Shown in pieces: positions 38,934-46,856 of a stretch of 64,000 bases of DNA. The position numbers and the translations under genes are program-made. The stretch is from Minisyncoccota bacterium (lineage in GTDB: Bacteria > Patescibacteriota > Minisyncoccia > Phycocordibacterales > WO2-35-19): assembly GCA_041664625.1 (NCBI GenBank), contig JBAYKK010000002.1, forward strand, positions 7,755 through 71,754, written 5' to 3'. Below the pieces are notes generated by a model. The model was given only the letters and a program-made list of their open reading frames with translations. It ran no database searches and was not told where the DNA came from. Each line of letters starts with the position of its first letter. Positions within the stretch are counted from its first letter, which is position 1.

Positions 38934-39608
38934 ATGACACACACAGTACATCCATATGCTCATAGATTAGGTATCATTCGTGACTGGAAGTCACGTTGGT
39001 TTAGTGTCAAAGACAAATACCGAGAAAATTTGAAAAGTGATGTTTTGGTTTTTGAATATTTAAAAAAGAGATTAAAAAATTGTTTTGTTAATACTACTGA
39101 AATAGAAAGAAGCGCCAAAGTTTTTAGAATCATCATCGAAACTTCTCGTCCTGGTTTTATAATCGGCCGAAGCGGTGAGGGGATGGTGAAGCTCAGAGAA
39201 GATATCATCCGTTTTATGAAAAGACGCAAGTTGAATTTGGCCGAAGAGCTCAAAATAGACGTCAAAGAAGTTAAATCTCCAGAATCCAGCTCTATGATCG
39301 CGGCTCAGATGGTGGCCGAAGGATTGGAAAAAAGATTGCCTTTCCGCCGAGTCATCAAGACTATGATCGAAAAAGCTTATGCTAACCGTGATGTCAAAGG
39401 AGTGAAGATTACTCTTTCCGGTATTATGGGCGGTTCGGCTATGGCGAGGATAGAGACCAAAAAGGTAGGGCGTATCCCTTTGCAGACTTTGCGTGCTGAT
39501 ATTGACTATGCACTTTATGAAGCTCATCTACCGCTTGGTAAAATTGGTATAAAAGTTTGGATTTATAAAGGCGATATTTTCGAAAAAGATAAAAGTGTAA
39601 AATCATAA
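38934..39608 (+). CDS. rpsC: 30S ribosomal protein S3
   Basis: HPYAHRLGI..DW.SRWF, KH domain, C-terminal domain. Confidence 0.9.
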   Translation: MTHTVHPYAHRLGIIRDWKSRWFSVKDKYRENLKSDVLVFEYLKKRLKNCFVNTTEIERSAKVFRIIIETSRPGFIIGRSGEGMVKLREDIIRFMKRRKLNLAEELKIDVKEVKSPESSSMIAAQMVAEGLEKRLPFRRVIKTMIEKAYANRDVKGVKITLSGIMGGSAMARIETKKVGRIPLQTLRADIDYALYEAHLPLGKIGIKVWIYKGDIFEKDKSVKS

Positions 39609-39617
39609 TTTAATATC

Positions 39618-40037
39618 ATGTTATTCCCAAAAAAAGTTAAATACAGAAAATGGCATACCATGCGCGAAAATCCTGACAAAGTGAGTCCGGCTACTCGTGG
39701 TATCAAAGTGTCTTTTGGTTCTCATGGCCTCAAAGCCATGGTACCCGGCAGGATCACTTCCAAACAAATCGAAGCGGCTAGAAAAGCCATCACTCACAAT
39801 TTGGGTAAAACTGGTAGAGTTTGGATACGTATTTTCCCAGATATGCCTTTCACCAAAAAGCCAGCCGAAGTGAAAATGGGTAAAGGTAAAGGTGATATAG
39901 AAGGTTACTTGGTCAGAGTTTTGGCTGGGCAAGTGATGTTTGAAGTAGATGGAGCAGTTGATGCTGTGGCCGTAGAATCATTGCGCAAAGGCGGTACCAA
40001 GATGCCAGTGAAGACTAAGATTGTGGCTAGAATATAA
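39618..40037 (+). CDS. rplP: 50S ribosomal protein L16
   Basis: [13 protein letters not shown]... Confidence 0.9.
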   Translation: MLFPKKVKYRKWHTMRENPDKVSPATRGIKVSFGSHGLKAMVPGRITSKQIEAARKAITHNLGKTGRVWIRIFPDMPFTKKPAEVKMGKGKGDIEGYLVRVLAGQVMFEVDGAVDAVAVESLRKGGTKMPVKTKIVARI

Positions 40038-40075
40038 CACCCCCCAACCCCCCTCTTACATTAAGAGGGGGAGAG
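40037..40075 (+). repeat. R-family hairpin repeat copy R6 (between rplP and rpmC)
   Basis: acaccccccaacccccctct-tacattaa-gagggggagag. Confidence 0.7.
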
Positions 40076-40098
40076 AAAAGAAAAAACAAAACAAAAAA

Positions 40099-40281
40099 AT
40101 GAAAAAAGAATTAGCAAAAAAGAATAAAGCAGATTTGCAAAAAGAACTTGACGAAAAGCGAGTAGCAGTTCATAGTATACGCTTTAACATGGCTGGTAGT
40201 AAAAGTAAAAATGTTAAGGAACAAAAGAACATCAAAAAAGATATAGCCAGAATCAAGACTGAATTAAGAATTATGAATTAA
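40099..40281 (+). CDS. rpmC: 50S ribosomal protein L29
   Basis: MKKELAKKNKADLQKELDEKRVAVHSIRF; internal in-frame ATG used because track ORF start lies in repeat R6. Confidence 0.8.
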   Translation: MKKELAKKNKADLQKELDEKRVAVHSIRFNMAGSKSKNVKEQKNIKKDIARIKTELRIMN

Positions 40282-40286
40282 GAATT

Positions 40287-40562
40287 ATGGATAAAAAGAA
40301 AGAAAAAAAGAATACAGAAGCAACAGAGACTATTTCCAGAGCCAAGACTTTGACTGGGGTAGTGGTATCAGACAAGATGAAAGACACTTGCGTGGTTTCT
40401 ATCACTCGATTTGTTAAACACACCAAATACAAAAAATATTATAAAGTTAGCAAGAAATACAAAGTGCATGATGTTGGCAATATCAAAAAGATTGGCGATA
40501 AAGTAGAAATAATTTCTTGCCGACCGATTTCCAAAGATAAGCATTTCATAATTGTAAGTTAA
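40287..40562 (+). CDS. rpsQ: 30S ribosomal protein S17
   Basis: LTGVVVSDKMKDTCVV core. Confidence 0.9.
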   Translation: MDKKKEKKNTEATETISRAKTLTGVVVSDKMKDTCVVSITRFVKHTKYKKYYKVSKKYKVHDVGNIKKIGDKVEIISCRPISKDKHFIIVS

Positions 40563-40566
40563 AAAC

Positions 40567-40944
40567 ATGATTCAACCACAAACAATAGTTAAAGTAGCCG
40601 ATAACTCAGGAGCCAAGATAGGTCGCGTTTTCAAGATACTCGGCAGTTCCAAAAAAAGATACGCTGGCATAGGCGAGTTGGTTATTTTTTCTGTTCAAAA
40701 AGCTGAACCCCGAAAAGAAATAAAAAAGAAAGCCGTTCTTTTGGGATTGGTGGTTCGTCAAAAAGCGCCATTACGACGCAAAGACGGTTCTTATATCCGT
40801 TTCGATGAAAACGCAGTGATCGTAGTAGATCAAAAAAAGGGTGAGATCGTACCAAAAGCCGGACGTATCTTTGGTCCAATACCTAGAGAAATTGCTGAGG
40901 CTGGTCACCAAGCTATAGTTTCGTTAGCCCCGGAAGTGATTTAA
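40567..40944 (+). CDS. rplN: 50S ribosomal protein L14
   Basis: MIQPQTIVKVADNSGAK. Confidence 0.9.
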   Translation: MIQPQTIVKVADNSGAKIGRVFKILGSSKKRYAGIGELVIFSVQKAEPRKEIKKKAVLLGLVVRQKAPLRRKDGSYIRFDENAVIVVDQKKGEIVPKAGRIFGPIPREIAEAGHQAIVSLAPEVI

Positions 40945-40948
40945 GATA

Positions 40949-40989
40949 ACACCCCCCAACCCCCCTCTTACATTAAGAGGGGGGAGGGA
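40949..40989 (+). repeat. R-family hairpin repeat copy R7 (between rplN and rplX)
   Basis: acaccccccaacccccctct-tacattaa-gaggggggaggg. Confidence 0.7.
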
Positions 40990-41016
40990 AAAGAAAAAAC
41001 AAATAAAAACAAAAAC

Positions 41017-41238
41017 ATGAAAATAAAAAAAGGAGACAAAGTAATGGTGATCACAGGTAAAGACAAAGGCAAATCAGGTCCTGTGGTTAAAGCTTTTCCT
41101 AAAAACGATATGGTTTTGGTAGAAGGAGTCAACAAACACAAATTACACAAAAGACCAAGGAAAAGTAATGAGAAAGGCAAGATTATAGAGCAGGCTACGC
41201 CGGTACATGTTTCCAATGTTAAGAAAGTAACCAAATAA
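41017..41238 (+). CDS. rplX: 50S ribosomal protein L24
   Basis: [23 protein letters not shown] motif. Confidence 0.9.
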   Translation: MKIKKGDKVMVITGKDKGKSGPVVKAFPKNDMVLVEGVNKHKLHKRPRKSNEKGKIIEQATPVHVSNVKKVTK

Positions 41239-41280
41239 AAACCTCACCCCCAGCCCCTCTCCTAGATGCAGGAGAGGGGA
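41239..41280 (+). repeat. R-family hairpin repeat copy R8 (between rplX and rplE)
   Basis: aacctcacccccagcccctctc-ctagatgcag-gagagggg. Confidence 0.7.
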
Positions 41281-41309
41281 GAAGGGAGAGAAAAAATAAC
41301 AAAAACAAT

Positions 41310-41858
41310 ATGAAATTAATGAAAGAAAAAACCAAAGACGCCTTCAAAGAACTCAAAGAAAAATTGGGTATGAAAAATGTCATGCAGTCTCCCAAGATTG
41401 TGAAAGTGGTAGTGAATTCCGGAGTTGGTTCTTTCAATGATAAAAAGAAAATTGATATCGTTATCGACCGATTGGCCAAAATCACTGGTCAAAAACCGAT
41501 CAAAAGGGGAGCCAAACAATCAGTCGCATCTTTCAAATCTAGACAAGGTGATATCGTAGGAGTGCAGATCACTTTGCGTGGCGAAAAAATGTGGAGTTTT
41601 TTGGATCGTCTTTTTCATATCGCGTTGCCTCGTACCAAAGACTTCAGAGGGATTTCAGAGACTGCCGTAGATGAAATGGGTAACTACACACTTTCCATCA
41701 AAGAGCATGTCGTGTTCCCAGAAACTGCTGATGAAGATTTGAAAGACGTTTTTGGTTTTTCAGCTACTTTGGTCACCAATCTCAAAAACTCAAAAGATGC
41801 ACTCGAATTTTTCAAAGCTCTAGATTTTCCTTTCAAAAAAACTTCTCTTAAGAAATAA
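41310..41858 (+). CDS. rplE: 50S ribosomal protein L5
   Basis: NVMQSPKIVKVVVN... L5 pattern, 182 aa. Confidence 0.9.
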   Translation: MKLMKEKTKDAFKELKEKLGMKNVMQSPKIVKVVVNSGVGSFNDKKKIDIVIDRLAKITGQKPIKRGAKQSVASFKSRQGDIVGVQITLRGEKMWSFLDRLFHIALPRTKDFRGISETAVDEMGNYTLSIKEHVVFPETADEDLKDVFGFSATLVTNLKNSKDALEFFKALDFPFKKTSLKK

Positions 41859-41870
41859 TTTTTTCCCAGA

Positions 41871-41908
41871 GGGTGACCCTTGAAGACCCTGCCCCAAAGG
41901 GTCACCCT
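41871..41908. repeat. inverted repeat agggtgaccct ... agggtcaccct (hairpin) after rplE
   Basis: Arms are reverse complements and each is self-palindromic. Confidence 0.5.
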
Positions 41909-41921
41909 CAGATTCTTAATA

Positions 41922-41954
41922 ACACACCCAACCCCCTCTTATTTTAAGAGGGGG
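41922..41954 (+). repeat. R-family hairpin repeat copy R9
   Basis: acacacccaaccccctct-tatttta-agaggggg. Confidence 0.65.
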
Positions 41955-41967
41955 CACTGGAACACAA

Positions 41968-42000
41968 AAAGCTCAACGACTCTCTCGTTGAGCTTTTTCG
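41968..42000 (+). terminator. rho-independent terminator agctcaacg-actctct-cgttgagct + TTTTT
   Basis: Read directly; ends r-protein transcription unit. Confidence 0.65.
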
Positions 42001-42039
42001 TTAATATACGCGCAAAAACAAGGACTTTTTGCGATTTAG

Positions 42040-42090
42040 TTGACAATCACTTGACAATTGAATACAGATTGGTTTACAATTGACTTGTAA
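42040..42090 (+). promoter_or_regulatory. operator-like region: direct repeats TTGACAAT x2 and perfect palindrome TTACAA-TTGAC-TTGTAA abutting ATG of downstream regulator
   Basis: Read directly at 42040-42047, 42051-42058 and 42074-42090. Confidence 0.4.
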
Positions 42091-43146
42091 ATGAAAAACA
42101 AGGAAAAAATACTAGAGATAATAAACAAACAAGGGAGGGTGACTTCTGCTGAAATCGCCTCTGAATTAGGCGTATCTCGCCAGTATGTAAATATGGTTAT
42201 TTCTGATCTGATTGCTGATAAAAAAATTATTAAAATAGGAGGAACTCGCAATGCCTTTTACATATCTTATACATTTGCAAAAAACCATCCTGAGACATTT
42301 CCTTCTGTATTTAAAAAAACTTATAAGAATCAATCGCTTGAGGAACACAAAGTTTTGGTTGAGATGGAAGAAAAACTTCCTCAAATTTTGAACTTGCCCG
42401 AAAATTTAAAAAGTATCATTACCTTTGCATTTTCTGAAATATTTAATAATGCTATCGAGCACTCACTATCAAAAAATATTTCGGTAGAAGTGGCTATGAG
42501 AGATAATAAACTTTCTTTTATTATTTTAGATTCTGGTATTGGGGTTTTTAGAAATATTATGGAAAAAAGAGGATTACATTCAGAAATTGAAGCTATCCAA
42601 GATCTACTCAAGGGCAAAACTACTACAATGCCAAAATCACATTCAGGTGAAGGTATTTTCTTTACTTCGAAATCGGCAGATTTATTTATTTTAGACAGTT
42701 TCGGCTACCAATTAACCATAAACACAAAGACAGACGGTGTTTCGATTAAAGATGTACCTGTTCTCAAAAAGGGTACACGGGTTATATTTGAAATTGATAC
42801 AAATTCAGAAAGACATCTCAATCAAGTATTCGAGAAATTCACCAATTTGGTGAATGAAGGAGAATATGGTTTTGATAAGACTGAAATCCGAGTCAAACTA
42901 TACACGATGGGCGGTGTGCACATATCACGTTCGCAGGCTCGTAGAATTCTCTCCGGATTAGAAAAATTCAAAATAATATTGTTTGATTTCGAAAATGTTC
43001 CTATTGTTGGACAGGCTTTTGCAGATGAAGTATACAGAGTTTTTCAGCATAAATATCCAGATATTAAACTTGAAGAAGAAAACATGTCCGAGGGTGTCCG
43101 CTTTATGATTGAGCGAGCCAAAAACGAGGTCAAAAAGTCATTGTAA
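42091..43146 (+). CDS. putative regulator: N-terminal HTH + GHKL/anti-sigma-factor-like ATPase + C-terminal DUF4325 (STAS-like)
   Basis: ILEIINKQGRVTSAEIASELGVSRQYVNMVI HTH; AFSEIFNNAIEHS / ILDSGIG N and G1 boxes; C-terminal KIILFDFENVPIVGQAFADEV. Confidence 0.6.
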   Translation: MKNKEKILEIINKQGRVTSAEIASELGVSRQYVNMVISDLIADKKIIKIGGTRNAFYISYTFAKNHPETFPSVFKKTYKNQSLEEHKVLVEMEEKLPQILNLPENLKSIITFAFSEIFNNAIEHSLSKNISVEVAMRDNKLSFIILDSGIGVFRNIMEKRGLHSEIEAIQDLLKGKTTTMPKSHSGEGIFFTSKSADLFILDSFGYQLTINTKTDGVSIKDVPVLKKGTRVIFEIDTNSERHLNQVFEKFTNLVNEGEYGFDKTEIRVKLYTMGGVHISRSQARRILSGLEKFKIILFDFENVPIVGQAFADEVYRVFQHKYPDIKLEEENMSEGVRFMIERAKNEVKKSL

Positions 43147-43194
43147 ATTTGATGAATATTGGGGATACCCAAGCTGTTTTTTGTCGAGGTTAAA

Positions 43195-43222
43195 AATCAT
43201 TCGCCTTGTAAGGAGAATGATT
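43195..43222. repeat. 28-bp palindromic element aatcattc-gccttgtaagga-gaatgatt (left copy)
   Basis: Inverted partner at 43523-43550; together they bracket the ArsR-like gene. Confidence 0.6.
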
Positions 43223-43239
43223 GGGAGTATAATTAGATT

Positions 43240-43515
43240 ATGGTTGCGATCAATTTTAAAGAATTGGAAAAAGAATTTGAAATATTTGCTAACGAGCATC
43301 GGTTAGCGATTCTAAAATGTTTAAAAAATGGCAAAAGTAAATGTGTAGGCGGGATATCGGATGAAATAAATCTCTCTTTTAAAATTACTTCCAAACATCT
43401 GTTGTATTTGGCCGAGCAGGGGATTTTGAGTAGGCACTATGATGGGCCGTTTGTGCTCTATAGTATTTCGGATAATTTATCTAGTTTAAATAAAACGATT
43501 ATTTCATATCTCTAA
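43240..43515 (+). CDS. ArsR/SmtB-family HTH transcriptional regulator-like protein
   Basis: HRLAILKCLKNGKSKCVGGISDEINLSFKITSKHLLYLAEQGIL fits ArsR wHTH pattern. Confidence 0.6.
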   Translation: MVAINFKELEKEFEIFANEHRLAILKCLKNGKSKCVGGISDEINLSFKITSKHLLYLAEQGILSRHYDGPFVLYSISDNLSSLNKTIISYL

Positions 43516-43522
43516 TTCCTCA

Positions 43523-43550
43523 AATCATTCTCCGTGCAAGGCGAATGATT
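43523..43550. repeat. 28-bp palindromic element aatcattc-tccgtgcaaggc-gaatgatt (right copy, inverted)
   Basis: Reverse complement of left copy except central 5 nt. Confidence 0.6.
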
Positions 43551-43719
43551 GGTTGGGCTTTCAAAATGCATAGGTTAGCCCTGTGCATTTTGATTAATGT
43601 CAGTTTGGAAAATGAGGAGAAAAGTTGTAAAATTTGGAGAGATATATTTAGGCCTGCCCGCCACGACTTCGTCATAGGCGATTCGGGTGGGTATATATTT
43701 AAATACTAATTTAAATTTT

Positions 43720-43893
43720 ATGTTAAGAAAAACCGAAGATCAAAATATAAGGAAACTTATGCGCTTGGGCAAAACTTCGCTCGGCATCACTTTGCCGGTC
43801 GCTCTCTTAAACCAGCTCGGCTGGCGCGAGAAGCAAAAACTCGTGGTCAAAAAAGTCCGCGGTGGCCTCACCATCAAAGATTGGCGTAAATAA
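43720..43893 (+). CDS. AbrB/MazE/SpoVT-type DNA-binding protein (antitoxin-like), orphan
   Basis: LGKTSLGITLPVALLNQLGW...LVVKKVRGGLTI resembles swapped-hairpin AbrB domain; start at in-frame ATG 43720. Confidence 0.45.
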   Translation: MLRKTEDQNIRKLMRLGKTSLGITLPVALLNQLGWREKQKLVVKKVRGGLTIKDWRK

Positions 43894-44178
43894 TTCCACC
43901 TTTATTGGAATTTTCCAGAATACCCTGAAGCTTTGTTTCAGGGGTGAATGGAAATGTAAAAGAAGTGTAAGCGGAGCTTGCTCTATACCAACAAAGTTGC
44001 CCTGATGTTGCTTGCCTAATAACCCGTCTGCTTTGCGGCGGGGATTAGGACAAGTAACCAACTTTATTTTTAGGGGTAAATGTGGTAGGGTTTGGGGTAT
44101 TATGATATTGGAGTGCAGACAAAAACTACATATAAAATAAAGGAGATGGATGAGGATTTCTTTGTTGAATAAATTAAT

Positions 44179-45270
44179 ATGAGCAACAATAACCACGAGA
44201 TTATAATTAATAAACAAGATGTTGTTCCATACATCTATTTTGTATGCTCAATGGCTCAGCGAGGCAGGATGTATGGAGGTCTGAGTGGAAAAAGTGATTA
44301 TATTGGAGGGGTATTTGATCGTTGGATTAATATAATACCTGAAAGTGTGATTTTTAATAAATATTTTCTTCCCAAGATAGCAGATAAGCTAGAAGTTATA
44401 TCTGATTATTATGAATATAACCCTAAAAAATCTGGGATTGCCCCAGATGTTTTGGGTGTAAAAATTGGAACAAAAGCAATACCATTTGTTGAATATGTAA
44501 ATAAATGGCAAGCACTAAATGATGCTCCGCAAATTGAAGTTAAATCATTCAAAAAAGGACAATATATGGTTAGTTTGAGAAATCAAGGTTATGACAAGCA
44601 ATATCTTGTGATGGTTGAAACGAATCTTGATAGCGACTATTTATTGCCTTTTTTCGAGGAAATTGCTACTAGCGAAGATATTTATAACAAATTAAAAATG
44701 GATGATAGTGTTTTCATTAAAAAAAATGAGAATAAAGATTTATCACCAGTCACAAAGATCAGGCGAGATAACACAAATTTGGGTTCTCTAAAACTTATTA
44801 CAGTTTGTTTGGCGAGTGACTTTATGCAATATTCAAACTTATGCAAAGGAGGAGAAAGTCCATTTTATATAAAAGAGATAAATATAACTCGTACTCCAAA
44901 AAAATTCCCGCGAGCATTATCTTTTTCAAATTTAGTAAATAAAAATAATAATAATGATATATATAAATGGAATGGAAAAAATATGTTAGATAAAAATATA
45001 AAACATAAATTACTTGATATTTATATTGAAAATATAGGTAAAATTCAATTTTTAAAAAATAGTAAAAGCTCGATCACAATCCACACAATTGGTAACGCGC
45101 AAATAAATAACACTGTATTAGAAGCAAATAAAACTTATATCGTGAAGCTCCAATTACTAGATAGATCCAAATCAAAGGGTGGTGAATATTTTATGCATAA
45201 ATCGATCATTGATAAAATTCCAAGCAAGGAGGATATTATGATTGACAATATAAGTAAATATATAAAATAA
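44179..45270 (+). CDS. hypothetical protein; candidate type II restriction endonuclease partner of adjacent m5C methyltransferase
   Basis: 363 aa, very AT-rich codon usage, convergent and 5 bp from MTase gene; no motif confidently recognised. Confidence 0.4.
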   Translation: MSNNNHEIIINKQDVVPYIYFVCSMAQRGRMYGGLSGKSDYIGGVFDRWINIIPESVIFNKYFLPKIADKLEVISDYYEYNPKKSGIAPDVLGVKIGTKAIPFVEYVNKWQALNDAPQIEVKSFKKGQYMVSLRNQGYDKQYLVMVETNLDSDYLLPFFEEIATSEDIYNKLKMDDSVFIKKNENKDLSPVTKIRRDNTNLGSLKLITVCLASDFMQYSNLCKGGESPFYIKEINITRTPKKFPRALSFSNLVNKNNNNDIYKWNGKNMLDKNIKHKLLDIYIENIGKIQFLKNSKSSITIHTIGNAQINNTVLEANKTYIVKLQLLDRSKSKGGEYFMHKSIIDKIPSKEDIMIDNISKYIK

Positions 45271-45275
45271 TTTTC

Positions 45276-46856
45276 TTACTCCATCGCTTTCATCATTTGC
45301 TTTGCTACAGCCTCAACAACAGGGACACTTACAGAATTTCCTGCTTGTTTGTATAATGATGAATCCGAAATTTTAGGTAAAATATATCCCTTAGGGAAAC
45401 CTTGTATTCTAAAACATTCTAGTGGTGTGAGTTTTCTTATACCTTTTTTGTCTTTAATAATTGGCACATTATGTCCGCCAGTACCCATGTTTGCGGTTAA
45501 AGTAGGGCATACACCGCTTTTATTTTCTCTCACATACTGTCTACGCCACTGGTATACTTTACCTTCTTCTCTAACAAAATTTTTTAGTCTGTCAAAAAGT
45601 GGTTTGCCGTTATAGTAGTATTTTTCCGGAACATTTTTTTCTAGTAAATTAGTGATTTTTTTGGTTAATTCAACCGACTCTGGGAATGAAAAATTGTCCG
45701 AATGCTCCTTATTTTTAAAACCAACGATATACACACGCTCCCTGTTTTGAGGAACATTCCCATATTCCATTGTGTTTAAAACTTTATATTTAATATGATA
45801 ACCAAAACCTTCCAGTGTTTCTCTGATTACTCGGAAAGTTTTCCCTTCATCATGGCTTGCTAAATTTTTTACATTTTCCAACAAAAATCCTTGTGGTTTT
45901 CTTGCCTCAATTATCCTCGCTATATCAAAAAATAAATTTCCTCTACCTTTTTCATCCTTAAAACCTTGCCTGTATCCTGCAATTGAAAATGCCTGACATG
46001 GAAATCCACCCAAAAGGAAATCAAATTCCGGTAAATCATCTATTCCTATTTTTCGTATATCCTCCACCACAAGTTTGGATGTTGGAAAATTCAAATCATA
46101 TGTCTTTTTACAATTTGGCTCAAAATCATTTGAAAAAACAGTTTCAAAACCAGCTTGCTCAAATCCAAGTCTTATTCCACCAACACCAGCAAAAAGATCT
46201 ATCGTTCCAAAGTTACTTTTAGATTTTGTTTTTGTTGGAGCAATTTTTAAATTATTAATATTGCGGATTACTTGAGCGACAACTCCTCGCACCTCCACCT
46301 CTTTTCTATAAATAGGGAAGAGAGTAGGGTTTGCGGGCTGGAGCCTAAATCTGCCATCTTCGCGGTACAACTTTTTTAAAGTAGTTTGATCTTCGTCAAT
46401 AATAGCGACTACAGTTTGACCATTTTCGGCAACTGATTGTTTTTTAATAACGACAACATCACCATCAAAAATTCCTTCATCTATCATGCTGTCGCCTGCC
46501 ACTCTCAAAGCGTAATAGCCATTCGAATTTCGAATGCTAGGATTCACAATTGAGATAGTTTCCTGATGATCCTCTATCACTTCAATTGGTTGCCCAGCAG
46601 CTATTGTCCCAATGATTGGGATTTTTACAAGTAAGTCGGTGTATTTAACATCAATTGAACGCTTCTGATTTTTTTTGTTTTTTTCTAAATGGCCAGCTTT
46701 TCTCATTTCCTCAACATGCTGGTGGATTGTAGATACAGACCGCAGTTTTAGTTTTTTCTTTATTTCTTCTAGAGAAGGGGAATAACCTTTGTTTTCAGAG
46801 TAAAGGTTTATAAAGTCCAGTATTTTCTTTTTTTGTGGAGTTAAACTTTTTTGCAT
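45276..46856 (-). CDS. LexA repressor (wHTH + S24 self-cleaving peptidase) fused to C-terminal DNA (cytosine-5)-methyltransferase
   Basis: N-term: IPIIGTIAAGQP (Ala-Gly cleavage site), RVAGDSMIDEGIFDGD (Ser), NGQTVVAIIDEDQTTLKKL (Lys), VIRNI; C-term: motif I DLFAGVGG, IV GFPCQAFS, VI ENV, VIII QNRERV, X GNSVSVPV; one continuous 526-aa ORF. Confidence 0.8.
   Translation of the reverse strand: MQKSLTPQKKKILDFINLYSENKGYSPSLEEIKKKLKLRSVSTIHQHVEEMRKAGHLEKNKKNQKRSIDVKYTDLLVKIPIIGTIAAGQPIEVIEDHQETISIVNPSIRNSNGYYALRVAGDSMIDEGIFDGDVVVIKKQSVAENGQTVVAIIDEDQTTLKKLYREDGRFRLQPANPTLFPIYRKEVEVRGVVAQVIRNINNLKIAPTKTKSKSNFGTIDLFAGVGGIRLGFEQAGFETVFSNDFEPNCKKTYDLNFPTSKLVVEDIRKIGIDDLPEFDFLLGGFPCQAFSIAGYRQGFKDEKGRGNLFFDIARIIEARKPQGFLLENVKNLASHDEGKTFRVIRETLEGFGYHIKYKVLNTMEYGNVPQNRERVYIVGFKNKEHSDNFSFPESVELTKKITNLLEKNVPEKYYYNGKPLFDRLKNFVREEGKVYQWRRQYVRENKSGVCPTLTANMGTGGHNVPIIKDKKGIRKLTPLECFRIQGFPKGYILPKISDSSLYKQAGNSVSVPVVEAVAKQMMKAME

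Noticed and set aside
43807-44217. 136-aa minus-strand ORF downstream of the AbrB-like gene
   Set aside because: It has implausible composition, no RBS or start context, and overlaps the AbrB-like gene on the opposite strand.
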